A DNA stretch of 64,000 nucleotides from Macrostomum lignano (taxonomy: Eukaryota). The notes under the pieces are model-generated. The model was not told where the DNA came from. It saw only the letters and a program-made list of their open reading frames with translations, and did no database searches. Where the stretch lies: positions 1 through 64,000 of the forward strand of contig NIVC01003293.1 in NCBI GenBank assembly GCA_002269645.1, in the 5' to 3' direction. The position numbers and the translations under genes were made by a program. This document shows, in pieces, positions 38,101 through 50,900 of this stretch. Position 1 is the stretch's first letter. Each line of letters begins with the position of its first letter.

Positions 38101-41100
38101 AACCCTAGGGGAATCACATCAAGGATATCCCAGGGGAATCACATCAAGGATATTGCAGGGGAATCACATCAAGAATATCCCATCAAGGAAATCCTAAGGG
38201 AATCCCATTTAGGATAACCCAGGGGAATCCCATCAAGGATATCCTAGGGAAATTTCATTAGGTATATCTAAGGAAATCCCATCAGGGTATTTATTACAGG
38301 AGAATAAATTTCAGGAAATCCCGGCAGCGCTACGATCGAACCCACCAGCTCAGCTCCCGCAGTTTCCGTCTCCTTAGCGAAGCTCCGAAATCGGTCGTCA
38401 ATGACCGCGCAATGATCAAAATCCTCGCCAATCTGATTGCTCTGAGCCGCGACGGTGCGCACTCGAATCCAGGCATCCAGATCGTCAACCAGTCTGCTCA
38501 GCTGACACAGACGCAGCTTCTCAAGCAGCCAGACTCGTTTCTCGGCAATCATCTCTTTGAGAGTAGCGTACAATCGGTCTAGCCTACTCTGGCCCTGCTC
38601 AACCAGTTCTCTACCAATTGTAGACGATTCTAAAAGGTCGCGAGCTCGAATCCCCAGCTGACTAATTATATCGCGACCGTATTGTTCAACGTCGGATTCT
38701 AGATTGTCGTTTCGACGGATAGACTTGGCGATGGAGGCCTCCGAGGCGCCGGAGGCGGCGGTGGCGGCAGCTTGTGGCGAATCAGGCGCGGTGGCAGCGA
38801 GCCCGGCAGCGCAGAGCAGCTCCCGTTCGGCCAGCCAGAGTTCAGCTTCGTGAGCATCATTCAACCAGCCGTGCACTGATTCGCTGCGGTCCAGCAGGTC
38901 CGATCTAACAGTCAGAGATTCGTCCAGCCGGTTCCAAGTCGATTTCAACTGTCCGGCACTGTCCGAGTAGCGCTTGGCTGATTCGCTTGGCTGCCCAGCT
39001 TCGTTTGCCGCTTCATCAGCGGAGGCCAGAATCTTCAGCATCCTTGGCCGCCTGGCCGCAATCTCGGCCGTTAGCGTCTGGTGCCGGCGCTTGAGTTGAG
39101 TCACGGTTAGAAGAGAATCGCCCGCGTCCTTGGAGCTGGCCATGGCGAGTCGCTCGACGGCCCAGGCGATTTCTTCGTCCAGACTGAGTAGTATCTGAGG
39201 GATATTGTTTTAGTTTTCTTGGGATGAGTGAGAGAAATGGTAAGGAAAATTGGAACCCTACTTGATATGTACTTTATCATTAGGGGAAGCCTTGGGCAAT
39301 CTAAATAAGGGATATCCTCAGGGGGATTCAGTTAATGGAACTCCCAGGGAAATCCATTCAAGGGAGATCCCAGGGAAATCCATTCAAAGGGAGATCCCAG
39401 GGAAATCCATTCAAAGGGAGATCCAAGGGAATTCATTCAATGGTGATCCCGGAAATCCATTTTAGGGAGATCCCAGGGAAATCCATTCAAGAGAGACCCC
39501 ATGAAATCCATTCAAAGGGAGATCCCAGGGAAATCCATTCAAGGGAGATCCCGGGGAAATCCATTCAAGGGAGATCCTAGGGAAATCCATTTAAGAGAGA
39601 TCCAAGGGAAATCAATTCAAAGGAGATTCCAGGGAAATGCATTCTAGGGAGACTATGATAATCCAGTTAAGAAGCGGTAGAGATCCATGTGTTTACGTTA
39701 TTACCTGTCTCAGCCTCCGCCGCTTCATCAAATCGGCCTTGATCTTGTCAACTGGTTCGCGTAGCTGCACAAAAGTCTGCTTCAAAGTGGAGTGAGTCTT
39801 CTCAAACACTGCCTCCCGCTCAGGGTGCCGTTCGATCAAACGAGCCCGATGCTCGTCCAGGTCCTCGAGCTGTTGCTGGCGGTCCAGCATCTCCTGCTCC
39901 TGAGCTTCGATGCCTCGCAGAAGCACGTCTACATCAGTCAGGGTGACCACTTGCTCCTCGTCAAGGGACATCTGGCTGATCAGCTTCTCCATCCAGGCGT
40001 TGACGTCTTGAGCAGTACTGTTAAAAATAGCCTCTCTGTTTACTTCTAGAAGTTCTTGGCCTTTCTGTTGCACCAGATCTTCCAACATGGACCATTTAGA
40101 TGTCAGGGCGCTCATCTCTTGTTGGATCTGTCAAACGATTTTGAGAGTATGCTATGATGCTTTAACACCCTGTCAGAATATGACATGTAGGATGAATAAG
40201 ACAGGTGAGATATACAAGAAATTCGGGTCACATTAGACATTTAGGACACATGGGACACATTAGCCAACTCGAAATCTAGGACAAATTAGACACTTGAGAT
40301 GCATTAGAAACATGGGAAACATTAAACATTTGAGACACATTAGACATTTAGGACACATTATGGACTCGGGACACAGTAGACACTTGGGACACAATAGACA
40401 CTTGGGACACATTAGACACTTAAGACACATTAGACACTTAAGACACATTATACACTTAGAACACATTAGACACTTAAGACTCATTAGACTCTTGGGACAC
40501 ATTAGGCACCTCAGACACATTGGAATATTTTATTTAGATTTAAACTGAATAAGACAAAGTTCATTATTAAATGAACTCACCTCATCCCGGTGCTCGGGCA
40601 GCTGAGAAATCAGCTGCTCAGCGTGCAAAATCACAGTGCTCAGTCTCTCCTTGTTGGCCGCTATCTCGCGTTCAAAATTTCGATGACGATTGTACCTGCG
40701 GTCAAGATTGTTTACGTGGTAAATTTAGTGATTGGTGAGGATTTAAGATTTAGCAGCTTATGGGTTAGGGCTTGACGTTTAATAACTAACACCCATTTTA
40801 GGAGTGTGGGTGCCGTAGCCCAGTGGTCTGGCGCGGCGCTCTAATGTGCCAGCGGCCCAGGCTCGATTCCAAGTTCAGTCACATTAATTTGGGGCTTCAA
40901 TTAACGCCCAGCTTGAGGACCAACCCCAAAGGCGCAGTGAAGTGTACATGCCTAACGATAAATAAAGTTAGGGCCGCTGTACACTCCTGTGTGAGTGTGT
41001 GCCTGTGCGTATGACTGCGTACGTATCCGCGCCCTTGTGTGCCTGCTGCCCTCTGATTCTACGTAAGAAGCTGAATTAGGAGTGACGCCTAATGACACCC

Positions 41101-44100
41101 ATTATGTATTAGAGGTTGACGCCTAATGACACCCATTAGGTATTAGAGGTTGACAGGTTGACGCCTAATGAAACCCATTAGAGATTAGAAGTGGACGCCT
41201 AATGACACCATTTAGGGATTAGAGGTTGACGCTTAATGACACCCATTAGGTATAAGAGGTGGACGCCGAATGACACCCATTAGGGATTAAAGGTAAACGC
41301 CTAATGACACCCATTTAGGGATTAGAGGTTGACGCTTAATGACACCCATTAGGTATAAGAGGTGGACGCCGAATGACACCCATTAGGGATTAGAGGTTGA
41401 CGCCTAATGACACCCATTTGGGATTAGAGGTTGATGCCTAATGACACCCATCAGTGATTAGAGGTTGACGCCTAATGACACGCATTAGGTATTAGAGGTT
41501 GATGCCTAATGACACCAATCAGTGATTAGAGGTGGACGCCTAATGACACGCATTAGGGATTAGAGGTTGACACCTAATGACACCCAGTTGGGATTAGAGG
41601 TTGACGCCTAATGACACGCATTAAGGATTAGGGGTTGACGCCTAATGACAGGGATTGAAGTTTGATGAGTGACGTTAGTTAGAATATCAATGATAAATAG
41701 TAAGTCGGATTAGGGGTTCGGCGCTTCTAATGACGTATATCCAAGATTGTGCTCTCAATTCCCAGCTAATTTCTCCTCAACTCACCTCCCAGCTAAATTC
41801 CCGGCAGCATCTCTGCTAGGGTCAGCGGCTTCATCGGCGGCAGCCGCTGCCATTGCCAGCCGATCGTCGATCCATTCAGCCAGGTCGCCCACCTCCTGTC
41901 GAAGCTGCTGCAGTTGAGCCAGACCCCGAAGCTTATCTAGCAGCTCTGCGGCTCTGTTAGAATTGGCGAGGCGTCTGCGTCGAATCGAGTCGAGTTTCTG
42001 AACGACTTTATCGCGTCCCCCCAAACAGCGGCGCTGCTGCTGGGATGCTTCGACATCCGATGTTGCTCCGTCCGCACTGGCGGCAGCATCCTGATCCTCG
42101 AGCAGGCGCTGACCAGTCTCGTCTAGCAATTCGAGCTTCTGCTCGGCGTTACGCATCGAAGCGATGAAAGCTTCGCATTTGTGCACCAGCCTATCGGCAT
42201 GTTCGGCCTGGAATAAACATAAATATAAGATTTTATACGATTGACAATACTTTAAACAGTGGGATAGTAGTATAACGTAGTTTTGTTGTTAAATTCAGTA
42301 ACAAAAATGAAAAAAATAATGAAAATGTCGAACTTTTGTGACTGAAAGACAGCGGAGAGGCAGATTCAAGGACTGAGTGAGGAGAGCGGAGAGGCAGATT
42401 CAAGGACTGAGTGAGGAGAGCGGAGAGGCAGATTCAAGGACTGAGTGAGGAGAGCGGAGAGGCAGATTCAAGGACTGAGTGAGGAGAGCGCACAGGCAGA
42501 TTCAAAGACTGAGTGAGGAGAGCGGAGAGGCAGATTCAAGTCCTGAGTGAGGAGAGCGGAGAGGCAGATTCAAGTCCTGAGTGAGGAGAGCGGAGAGGCA
42601 GATTCAAGGACTGAGTGAGGAGAGCGCACAGGCAGATTCAAGGACTGAGTGAGGAGAGCGGAGAGGCAGATTCAAAGACTGCAACTGCACTAACAGAGCT
42701 GGGCATCTCCTGTTTAGCCAGAAAGCTCTCCTGCCGGATCAGAAGCAGTTCGCACTGGGCCGCATCTCTCAGGAACAGGTGCAAGCTCAGCGCATTCGAC
42801 AGAGTTAACCGTTTCGCTTGCCACATCTGAGCCAGGCTGTGCCAACCATCCGATATGGCGCTGAGTCTCTGATCCAGCAGGATGTACTGCGGGTCAGTTT
42901 GACCTTCGGAGCAGATCTGCCTGCCGTAGCTGATAAGACTGTCGAACTCGTTTGAGTAGCCGTTGATCTCCTGTTTCAGGCTGTGATGCTCCATCAGTAG
43001 TTTTTCAGCATCTGCTAGATCTCTTGGGATGGACTCTGTAGCGATGGCCGTCTGAGTGGTGCTTAGCCACATCTGAAATTTGTGTACATTGGGTGAGGAT
43101 TGCCCAGTGTACATTGGATGAGGATTGCCCAGTGTACATTGGATGAGGATTGGCCAGTGTACATTGGATGAGGATTGGCCAGTGTACATTGGGTGTGGAT
43201 TGCCCAGTGTACATTGGATGAGGATTGGCCAGTGTACATTTGGTGAGGGTTGGCCAGAGTACATTGGGTGTGAATTTCCCAGTGTACATTGGGTGAGGAT
43301 TGGCCAGAGTACATTGGGTGAGGATTGGCCAGAGTACATTGGGTGTGAATTGCCCAGTGTACATTGGGTGAGGATTGGCCAGTGTACATCGGGTGAGGAT
43401 TGGCCAGTGTACATCAGGTGAGGATTGGCCAGTGTACATTGGGTGTGGATTGGCCAGTGTACATCAGGTGAGGATTGGCCAGTGTACATCCGGTGAGGAT
43501 TGGTCAGTGTACATCCGGTGAGGATTGGCCAGTGTACATTGGGTGTGGATTGGCCAGTGTACATCAGGTGAGGATTGGCCAGTGTACATCCGGTGAGGAT
43601 TGGTCAGTGTACATCCGGTGAGGATTGGCCAGTGTACATTGGGTGTGGATTGCCCAGTATACATTGGATGAGGATTGGCCAGTGTACATTTGGTGAGGAT
43701 TGGCCAGTGTACATTTGGCGAGGATTGGTCAGTGTACATTGGGTGAGGATTGGCCAGTGTACATTGGGTGAGGATTGGTCAGTGTACATTGGGTGAGATT
43801 GGCCAGTGTACATTGGTGTGGATTGCCAGTGTACATTGGTGAGGATTGGCCAGAGTACATTGGGAGAGGATTGGCCAGAGTACACTGGGTGTGAATTGCC
43901 CAGTGTACATTGGGTGAGGATTGGTCAGTGTACATTGGGTGAGGATTGGCCAGTGTTCATTGGGTGAGGATTGGCCAGTGTACATCAGGTGAGGATTGGC
44001 CAGTGTACATCGGGTGAGGATTGGCCAGTGTACATCGGGTGAGGATTGGCCAGTGTACATTGAGTGAGGATTGGCCAGTGTACATTGGGTGTGAATTCCC

Positions 44101-47100
44101 AAGTGTATATTGAATCTAAATTGATGCTTGCAATTATAATTAGGTAAAGCCGCTTAGCACATTTTCAAACATGTACATTTACAGTGGCGTTATCCTAATG
44201 TACATTAAGAGTTGTTTATCAAGTATTTGCATTTGTATTTGTATCTGTATTGTATTTGTTTTCATAATAACAGCTAACACATTCTTCTTATGCTACTGAA
44301 TTGAAAGAAGAGAAACTTATAAAAAAATCACCCAACCTGAAAGTGATCCAAATCCTGCAGAAATTTCTGCAACTCAGAGGACGCTTCGAGTCTACTAAGA
44401 CGTCTATCGCGTTGGTCGCACAACTGACGCCACAGATCGGCAAGACGATTGCGCTGTTCGGTCAGCCTCTCAGCTTCATCTGGTAGACAGTCAATCAGTC
44501 TGTCGTATTCGTCATCAAGACTGCTCAGTCGAGCTTCAATTGCCAGCATATCGGCGTTAAGTCGTTGCAATCGACGCTGCAGCTGTACAAATCCGGCAAG
44601 GTTGTCGCCCAGCCGATCTGTGGAGCCAATCAGGTTGGACTTGTCCTCAATCCAGGCTGCGGTCTCACGGCACGCCACCAGATAGGCGTTCAAATCGTAG
44701 GCGGAATTGATTTGAAATCTGCGGCAATCGGTCAAGTCGACTAGGCGAGACCAATGCGAGTTGAGCGAGGCGAGTAGACCTGCGATCTCTTCGCTATCGG
44801 GTGTTCGATGCTCTGCAGCTGAGGATGTTATATGAATAAAATGTTTTGTAGATTTTCAGTTCGTCAGACTTTCAGAATTGTTATGAATAACAGTTTTTTC
44901 AACCTGTGGCGCAACGCCTTCGGGGGCATCGCATCCCACAAAGCGGCTTCTTTCTAATCATCAGGCATGTACACTCTCTGTGCCTTGGGGGCTGGTACTT
45001 ATGCCTGTGATGACCATCTACAAGTAGTTTATTCCAAAGTACTATAAAAAATAAAATGAAAATCTACGAAATCTGCTACCAGATTCTCTGAAACTACGCG
45101 GGTGCCGTAGCCCAGTGGTATAGCTCGGCGCTCTGATGTGCCAGCGGCCCAGGCTCGATTCCAAGTGCAGTCACATTAATTTGGAGCTAAATTGGAACCT
45201 CAGCTTGGCTCTGCTCGTGCAATTAACGCACAGCCTGAGGGCCAACCCCCAAAGGCACAGTGAAGTGTACATGCCTAACGATAAATAAAGTTAGGACCGC
45301 TGTGCACTAGTAGAGATCTCCTAAAATACAGTATAAGCAAACTACTAGAAGTAGAACGATAAAAATATGTAAAACGCGATTATAACCTATTCTTAGCAGT
45401 ATAACGAAACCAGCGAATCACTATTCCATTGTGCGAAGAACCCCACCTGTCAAATGATAAAATTGCTTTCTTGACCTCATAAAAAACCGGTTTGAGCTCT
45501 GGGCCGACTCAAATTGGGTACAAATATAAGTAAAAAATCCGAGCTGAAATCTCAGACTCAGGGCGGCCTCAAGAGATCTTGAGCTTTGCTAGAGCAGCTA
45601 AACGAGGCTACGTCTCCGAGGGAGAAGTAAACCAATTGGTAAGCTTTTGTCGAAATCTTTGGATAGGATCTGCGGACGATTTTGATACTCGGAATTAGAC
45701 AATTATTGATAGATTGATAAAACTGATTTCACGACACTGATTTCATTATTTCTAGAAGAAGACGCCCTTTTGGAGGATCTCGTTATTGTTATAGAATTGA
45801 TTTTATTATTAAGGCGCATCATTATCATTCCTACTATTTCGAAGGCTATTTATAATAAAAAACGATTATCTTATTACATTTTACCTAGTTGCTAAATTTG
45901 GAACTCCTGGATCACTACTACTACAAAGACTTTGCGCGCTACTAACCGCAGTAGAAAAATTCGGATATATCTCTTAAATTTTCGCGACGCTCTTTAAATT
46001 AAACAATTCTTCCGTCTTCCTAACTTAACTAGGAATGTCTTCCGACTTACCTGATTGGCTGCTCTAACTTGGAAGAACGAAGAAGTAGCCTTAGTTGAGT
46101 AAAAACCTCCGCTAGAACTCACCCGATGCCCGACGCTATTCAATTCGTCCAATTTGTTAGCATTCGCAGCCAATTCAGCTTCAAACGAATCAAATCGATG
46201 CTTGACAGCTTCTAATTCGTCGATATCCACGCTTGGCAGCAGGCGATCCAACAGTCGCTCCCGTTCAAGCATCCACGCTAGCAGTCGATCAGCCTGTTGG
46301 CACAGCCGACGCTTAGCTAGAGTGTCGTCTAGGCGCTGTCGCTGCAGTCTTGACAGCTCCAGCAGTCGGGCGTACCTCTCCTCGATGGTGTCCAATCGTT
46401 GCTGAGTTGTCGGACAGTCGCGGTCGACTTGGCTGAGACCGGCGGCCAGAGAGTGCAGAGTGTCCAGCTCCGTTCGATTGGCGGCGATGTCGGCGTGAAG
46501 ATCTCTCAGTTTCCTGTCGCTGTCCAGGAGGCTCTGCAGATCCGCAGCGGTGTTTTCGCACAGGCGAAGAGCTTCAACTAGCCAAGCGTCGGCTTCGTCG
46601 CAGTCGCAGAGGAACCGGTGAAAGTCCAAGGCCTTCGGGGGGGGGTGGAGATTTGAGAGGCTGTGAAAATGAGCATCTGGGGGGCTGCCTCAACAACTAG
46701 GGATCTGGGATCTGGGCCCAGCAACTGACACTCTGGGAGGCTGGCCCAGCAACTGACACTCTGGGAGGCTGGCCCAGCAACTGACACTCTGGGAGGCTGG
46801 CCCAGCAACTGAGGACTGGGAGGCTGGCCCAGCAACTGAGGATCTGGGAGGCTGGCCCAGCAACTGAGGATCTGGGAGGTTTGCAACCAAAATCTTAGGG
46901 ATCTGGGAGGTTTGCAATCAAAATCTGAGGGATTTGGGAAGTCTACAGCCCATCAGACGCGCACCTGCAGCAGGCGCGCCTTCCTAGCAGCGGCTCGGTC
47001 GACCAGCTGATCCCAGAGTGCGTTGAGCCGATCGATGCGGTCCAGGATGAGATTAGATCCGGGACGCCCGCGTCTGCCATCAGCTCGCCCGCTCAATCTG

Positions 47101-47432
47101 GCAGCTGCAACGACTCCGCCTGGCGGAAACCTCATCCTCACGGAGCGATGCTTCCCTAGCAACAGCTGAGCGGACGGCAGATCTCGGCCAATATCCGGAC
47201 AGGACATGAGCTGATCGATCTCACGCAGCCACTGCTCAGATTCGTCCATCTCCCAGGCGAACAGCCACAGCTGCCGGCTGTCAATCAGTCGATAGCGGCG
47301 CTCATCTCGGCGCTGTTCGAGCTGGCCAAATGCTTCGCGAACGATCGCCACTCGTTCGCGATTTCGTCTCGAGTGGCGGGTCTGAGATGAAGGGGAGCGT
47401 GAGGGAGGGGCTCAGCTTGTGGCAGTCAATAA

Positions 47433-47497
<65 letters not shown>

Positions 47498-47498
47498 G

Positions 47499-47557
<59 letters not shown>

Positions 47558-47633
47558 GTCAATCAATCAGTCAATCAATCAATCAATCAATCAATCAGTC
47601 AATCAGTCAACCAATCAATAAATCAATCAATCG

Positions 47634-47673
<40 letters not shown>

Positions 47674-47798
47674 GTCAATCAGTCAATCAATCAATCAATC
47701 AATCAATTAATCAATCAGTCAATCAGTCAACCAATCAATAAATCAATCAATCGATCGATCAAGCAATCAATCAATCAATCAATCAATCAGTCAATCAG

Positions 47799-47845
<47 letters not shown>

Positions 47846-47881
47846 GTCAATCAGTCAACCAATCAATAAATCAATCAATCG

Positions 47882-47913
<32 letters not shown>

Positions 47914-50900
47914 GTCAATCAGTCAATCAATCGATCATTTCGCTCACCTGTAATCTCCTATCTCATCAGGCAGTTGTCCATCAGCGAACGCCAGAGCGGC
48001 CTCGCAGGCGGAGTCCACCCGGCCACCCAGTACGCCAATGTCGGCCTCCAAAAGGGCGTGCTTTTCCAACAGGTCATCAACGCTGAGCAGGTGGCGGCCG
48101 TAATTCTCCGACTGTATTCGACGTGTGAAGTCTTCGATGGCGTCCAGACAGTGCAGCAGCTCCTTGAAATGGGCGTTCGGGTTAACGGACTGACTGACTG
48201 ACTGACTGACTAACCAACTAACTAGCTAACTGACTAACTAACTAGCTAACTAACTCACTAACTCACTAACTAACTAACTAGCTAACTGACTAACTGACTA
48301 ACTAACCAACTCACTAACTAACTCACTAACTAACTAACTCACTAACTCACTAACTCACTAACTAACTGACAAACTAACTGACTAACTGACTAACTAACCA
48401 ACTCACTCACTAACTCACTAACTAGCTAACTGACTAACTGACTAACTAACCAACTCACTCACTAACTCACTAACTAGCTAACTGACTAACTGACTAACTA
48501 ACCAACTCACTAACTAACTCACTGACTAACAGACTAACTAACTCCCTAACTAACTAACTGACTAACTAACCAACTCACTAACTAACTGACTAACTAACTG
48601 ACTAACTAACTGACGAACTAACTAACTAACCAACTCACTAACTAACTAACTAACTAGCTAACTGCCTAACCGACTAACTAACCAACTCACTACTCACTAA
48701 CTAACTAGCTAACTAACTAACTAACCAACTCACTAACTAACTGACTAACTAACTGACTAACTAACTCACTAACCAAGTCACTAACTCACTAACTCACTAA
48801 CTAGCTAACTGACTAACTAACTAACTAACCAACTCACTAACTAACCAACTCACCAACTCACTAACTAACCAACTCACTAACTAACAAACTCACCAACTCA
48901 CTAACTAACCAACTCACCAACTCACTAACCAACTCACCAACTCACTAACCAACTCACTAACCAACTCACCAACTCACCAACCAACTCACCAACTCACTAA
49001 CCAACTCACCAACTCACTAACCAACTCACTAACCAACTCACTAACCAACTCACCAACTCACTAACCAACTCACTAACCAACTCACTAACCAACTCACCAA
49101 CTCACTAACCAACTCACTAACCAACTCACTAACCAACTCACTAACCAACTCACCTGATACACCAACTGCAGCTGCAGTGTCAAGTCCAAGCGCATTCGCC
49201 GGCCCCTCAGCAGGGCCAGCAGCTGCTCCCACAATCGGAGCACACTGTCTTTGCGTTCCAGAATTCTGGCCACGTCATGGTAGGACTCGGCCTGCAGCTC
49301 GGCTGAGAGGCGGACCTGTAAGATGAAGTTAATTATGATTTATTGAATCGGAATTTAAATTGGTATAGCATTAGACATTCTACTAGTTAATATAATCAGT
49401 CAAATTCAACGGGTTGTGGCCACTGAGTGCATTATGAAATTCCCCTAAGCGAGAAATTTCCCAAAAAAATTAACTTTGAGATGCAGACAAATTCTCATTT
49501 TGAAAACATCATTAGCTGCCTTTCGGAAGCAGAAATTTCCCCTCCAAGAAGCACAGAAATTCTCTCAAAGAAAATGAGATATGCCTATTCGACACAAAGA
49601 GAAATTCTGCTTTGAGAAACTGTGAAATTCCCCATATGAAAAAAATAAAAGTTCCAGTCTAAGAAACTGAAAAATCCCCCTTTGAAGGGTGAGAAATGCC
49701 AATCTGAGGATCAGAGAAATTCCCCTTTGTAAAGTGAGAAATGCCCCTCGGAGAATCGGACAAATTCCCCTTTGTGAAGTGAGAAATGTCCCTCTGAGAA
49801 TCAGAGAAATTCCTCTTTGTGAAGTGAGAGATTCCCCATTGAGAATCAGAGAAATTCCCCTTAAAGAAACAGAAGAATTCCCTTTTTAGACGCAGAGAAA
49901 TCCCTCTGGTAGGCTAAATTGTGGCCAAACAAATAGATATTCAGCAAACAAAAGCCAATGAACAACAACGTCACTTACCACAGCCGTAACCCTTTCCTCA
50001 TACGCAAATATATCAGTTTCAATTGCTTCGTGCTTGCAAGTGGCCGCCCGAACCGCAGGCAAATCTTTGCCAAAATTATCCTGCCCAATTAGGCTCTGAT
50101 TTTCCCTTAGCCAAGCTTCCCGCATGTCCGCTTTGCGATCGAACCGATTGGCCAGCTGTTCGAGCCGCCGCTGTCGCATCAGCTCCTCGTGCAGGGCGAT
50201 GTCTCTGGCGTGCTCCGCTCCTTCAAGACGGTGCCAAGCTTCGTCTACTCTGGCTAAAAGGCCAAGTTCTCTGGGTAGGTGCGGTTTCTGGTTATTGGCT
50301 CGCAGTCTCTGTTGTATAGTGAATAGCTGCACTTCCAGATTGCCTTTCTCCGTGAACTTTGGCGGCTTCTCTACCGCTCGATAGGTTCCGAATGCCTGCG
50401 TATGCATTGTAGGATTGGCAGGTCACTGAACGGCTTTCAATGAATTTGGTAGGTCACTGGGAGTTGGTAGATCACTGGGAGTTGGTAGGTCACTGGGAGT
50501 CGGTAGATCACTGGGAGTTGGTAGGTCACTGGGAGTTGGTAGGTCATTGGGAGTTGGTAGATCACTGGGAGTTGGTAGGTCACTGGGAGTCGGTAGATCA
50601 CTGGGAGTTGGTAGGTCACTGAGAGTTTGTAGGTCACTGGGAGTTGGTAGGTCACTGGGAGTTTGTAGATCACTGGGAGTTGGTAGGTCACTGGGAGTTG
50701 GTAGGTCATTGGGAGTTGGTAGGTCACTGGGAGTTGGTAGGTCACTGGGAGTTGGTAGGTCACTGGGAGTTGGTAGGTCACTGGGAGTTGGTAGGTCACT
50801 GGGAGTTGGTAGGTCACTGGGAGTTGGTAGGTCACTGGGAGTTGGTAGGTCACTGGGAGTTGGTAGGTCACTGGGAGTTGGTAGGTCACTGGGAGTTGGT

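Noticed and set aside
44890-44990. CAGTTTTTTCAACCTGTGG, resembling a hAT/Charlie-type MITE end
   Set aside because: No partner TIR or TSD was found.
50023-50384. Plus-strand ORFs antisense to spectrin exons (also 36476-37051, 39792-40049, 44449-44685, 46154-46581, 54736-54957)
   Set aside because: Shadow ORFs of GC-rich coding exons on the opposite strand.
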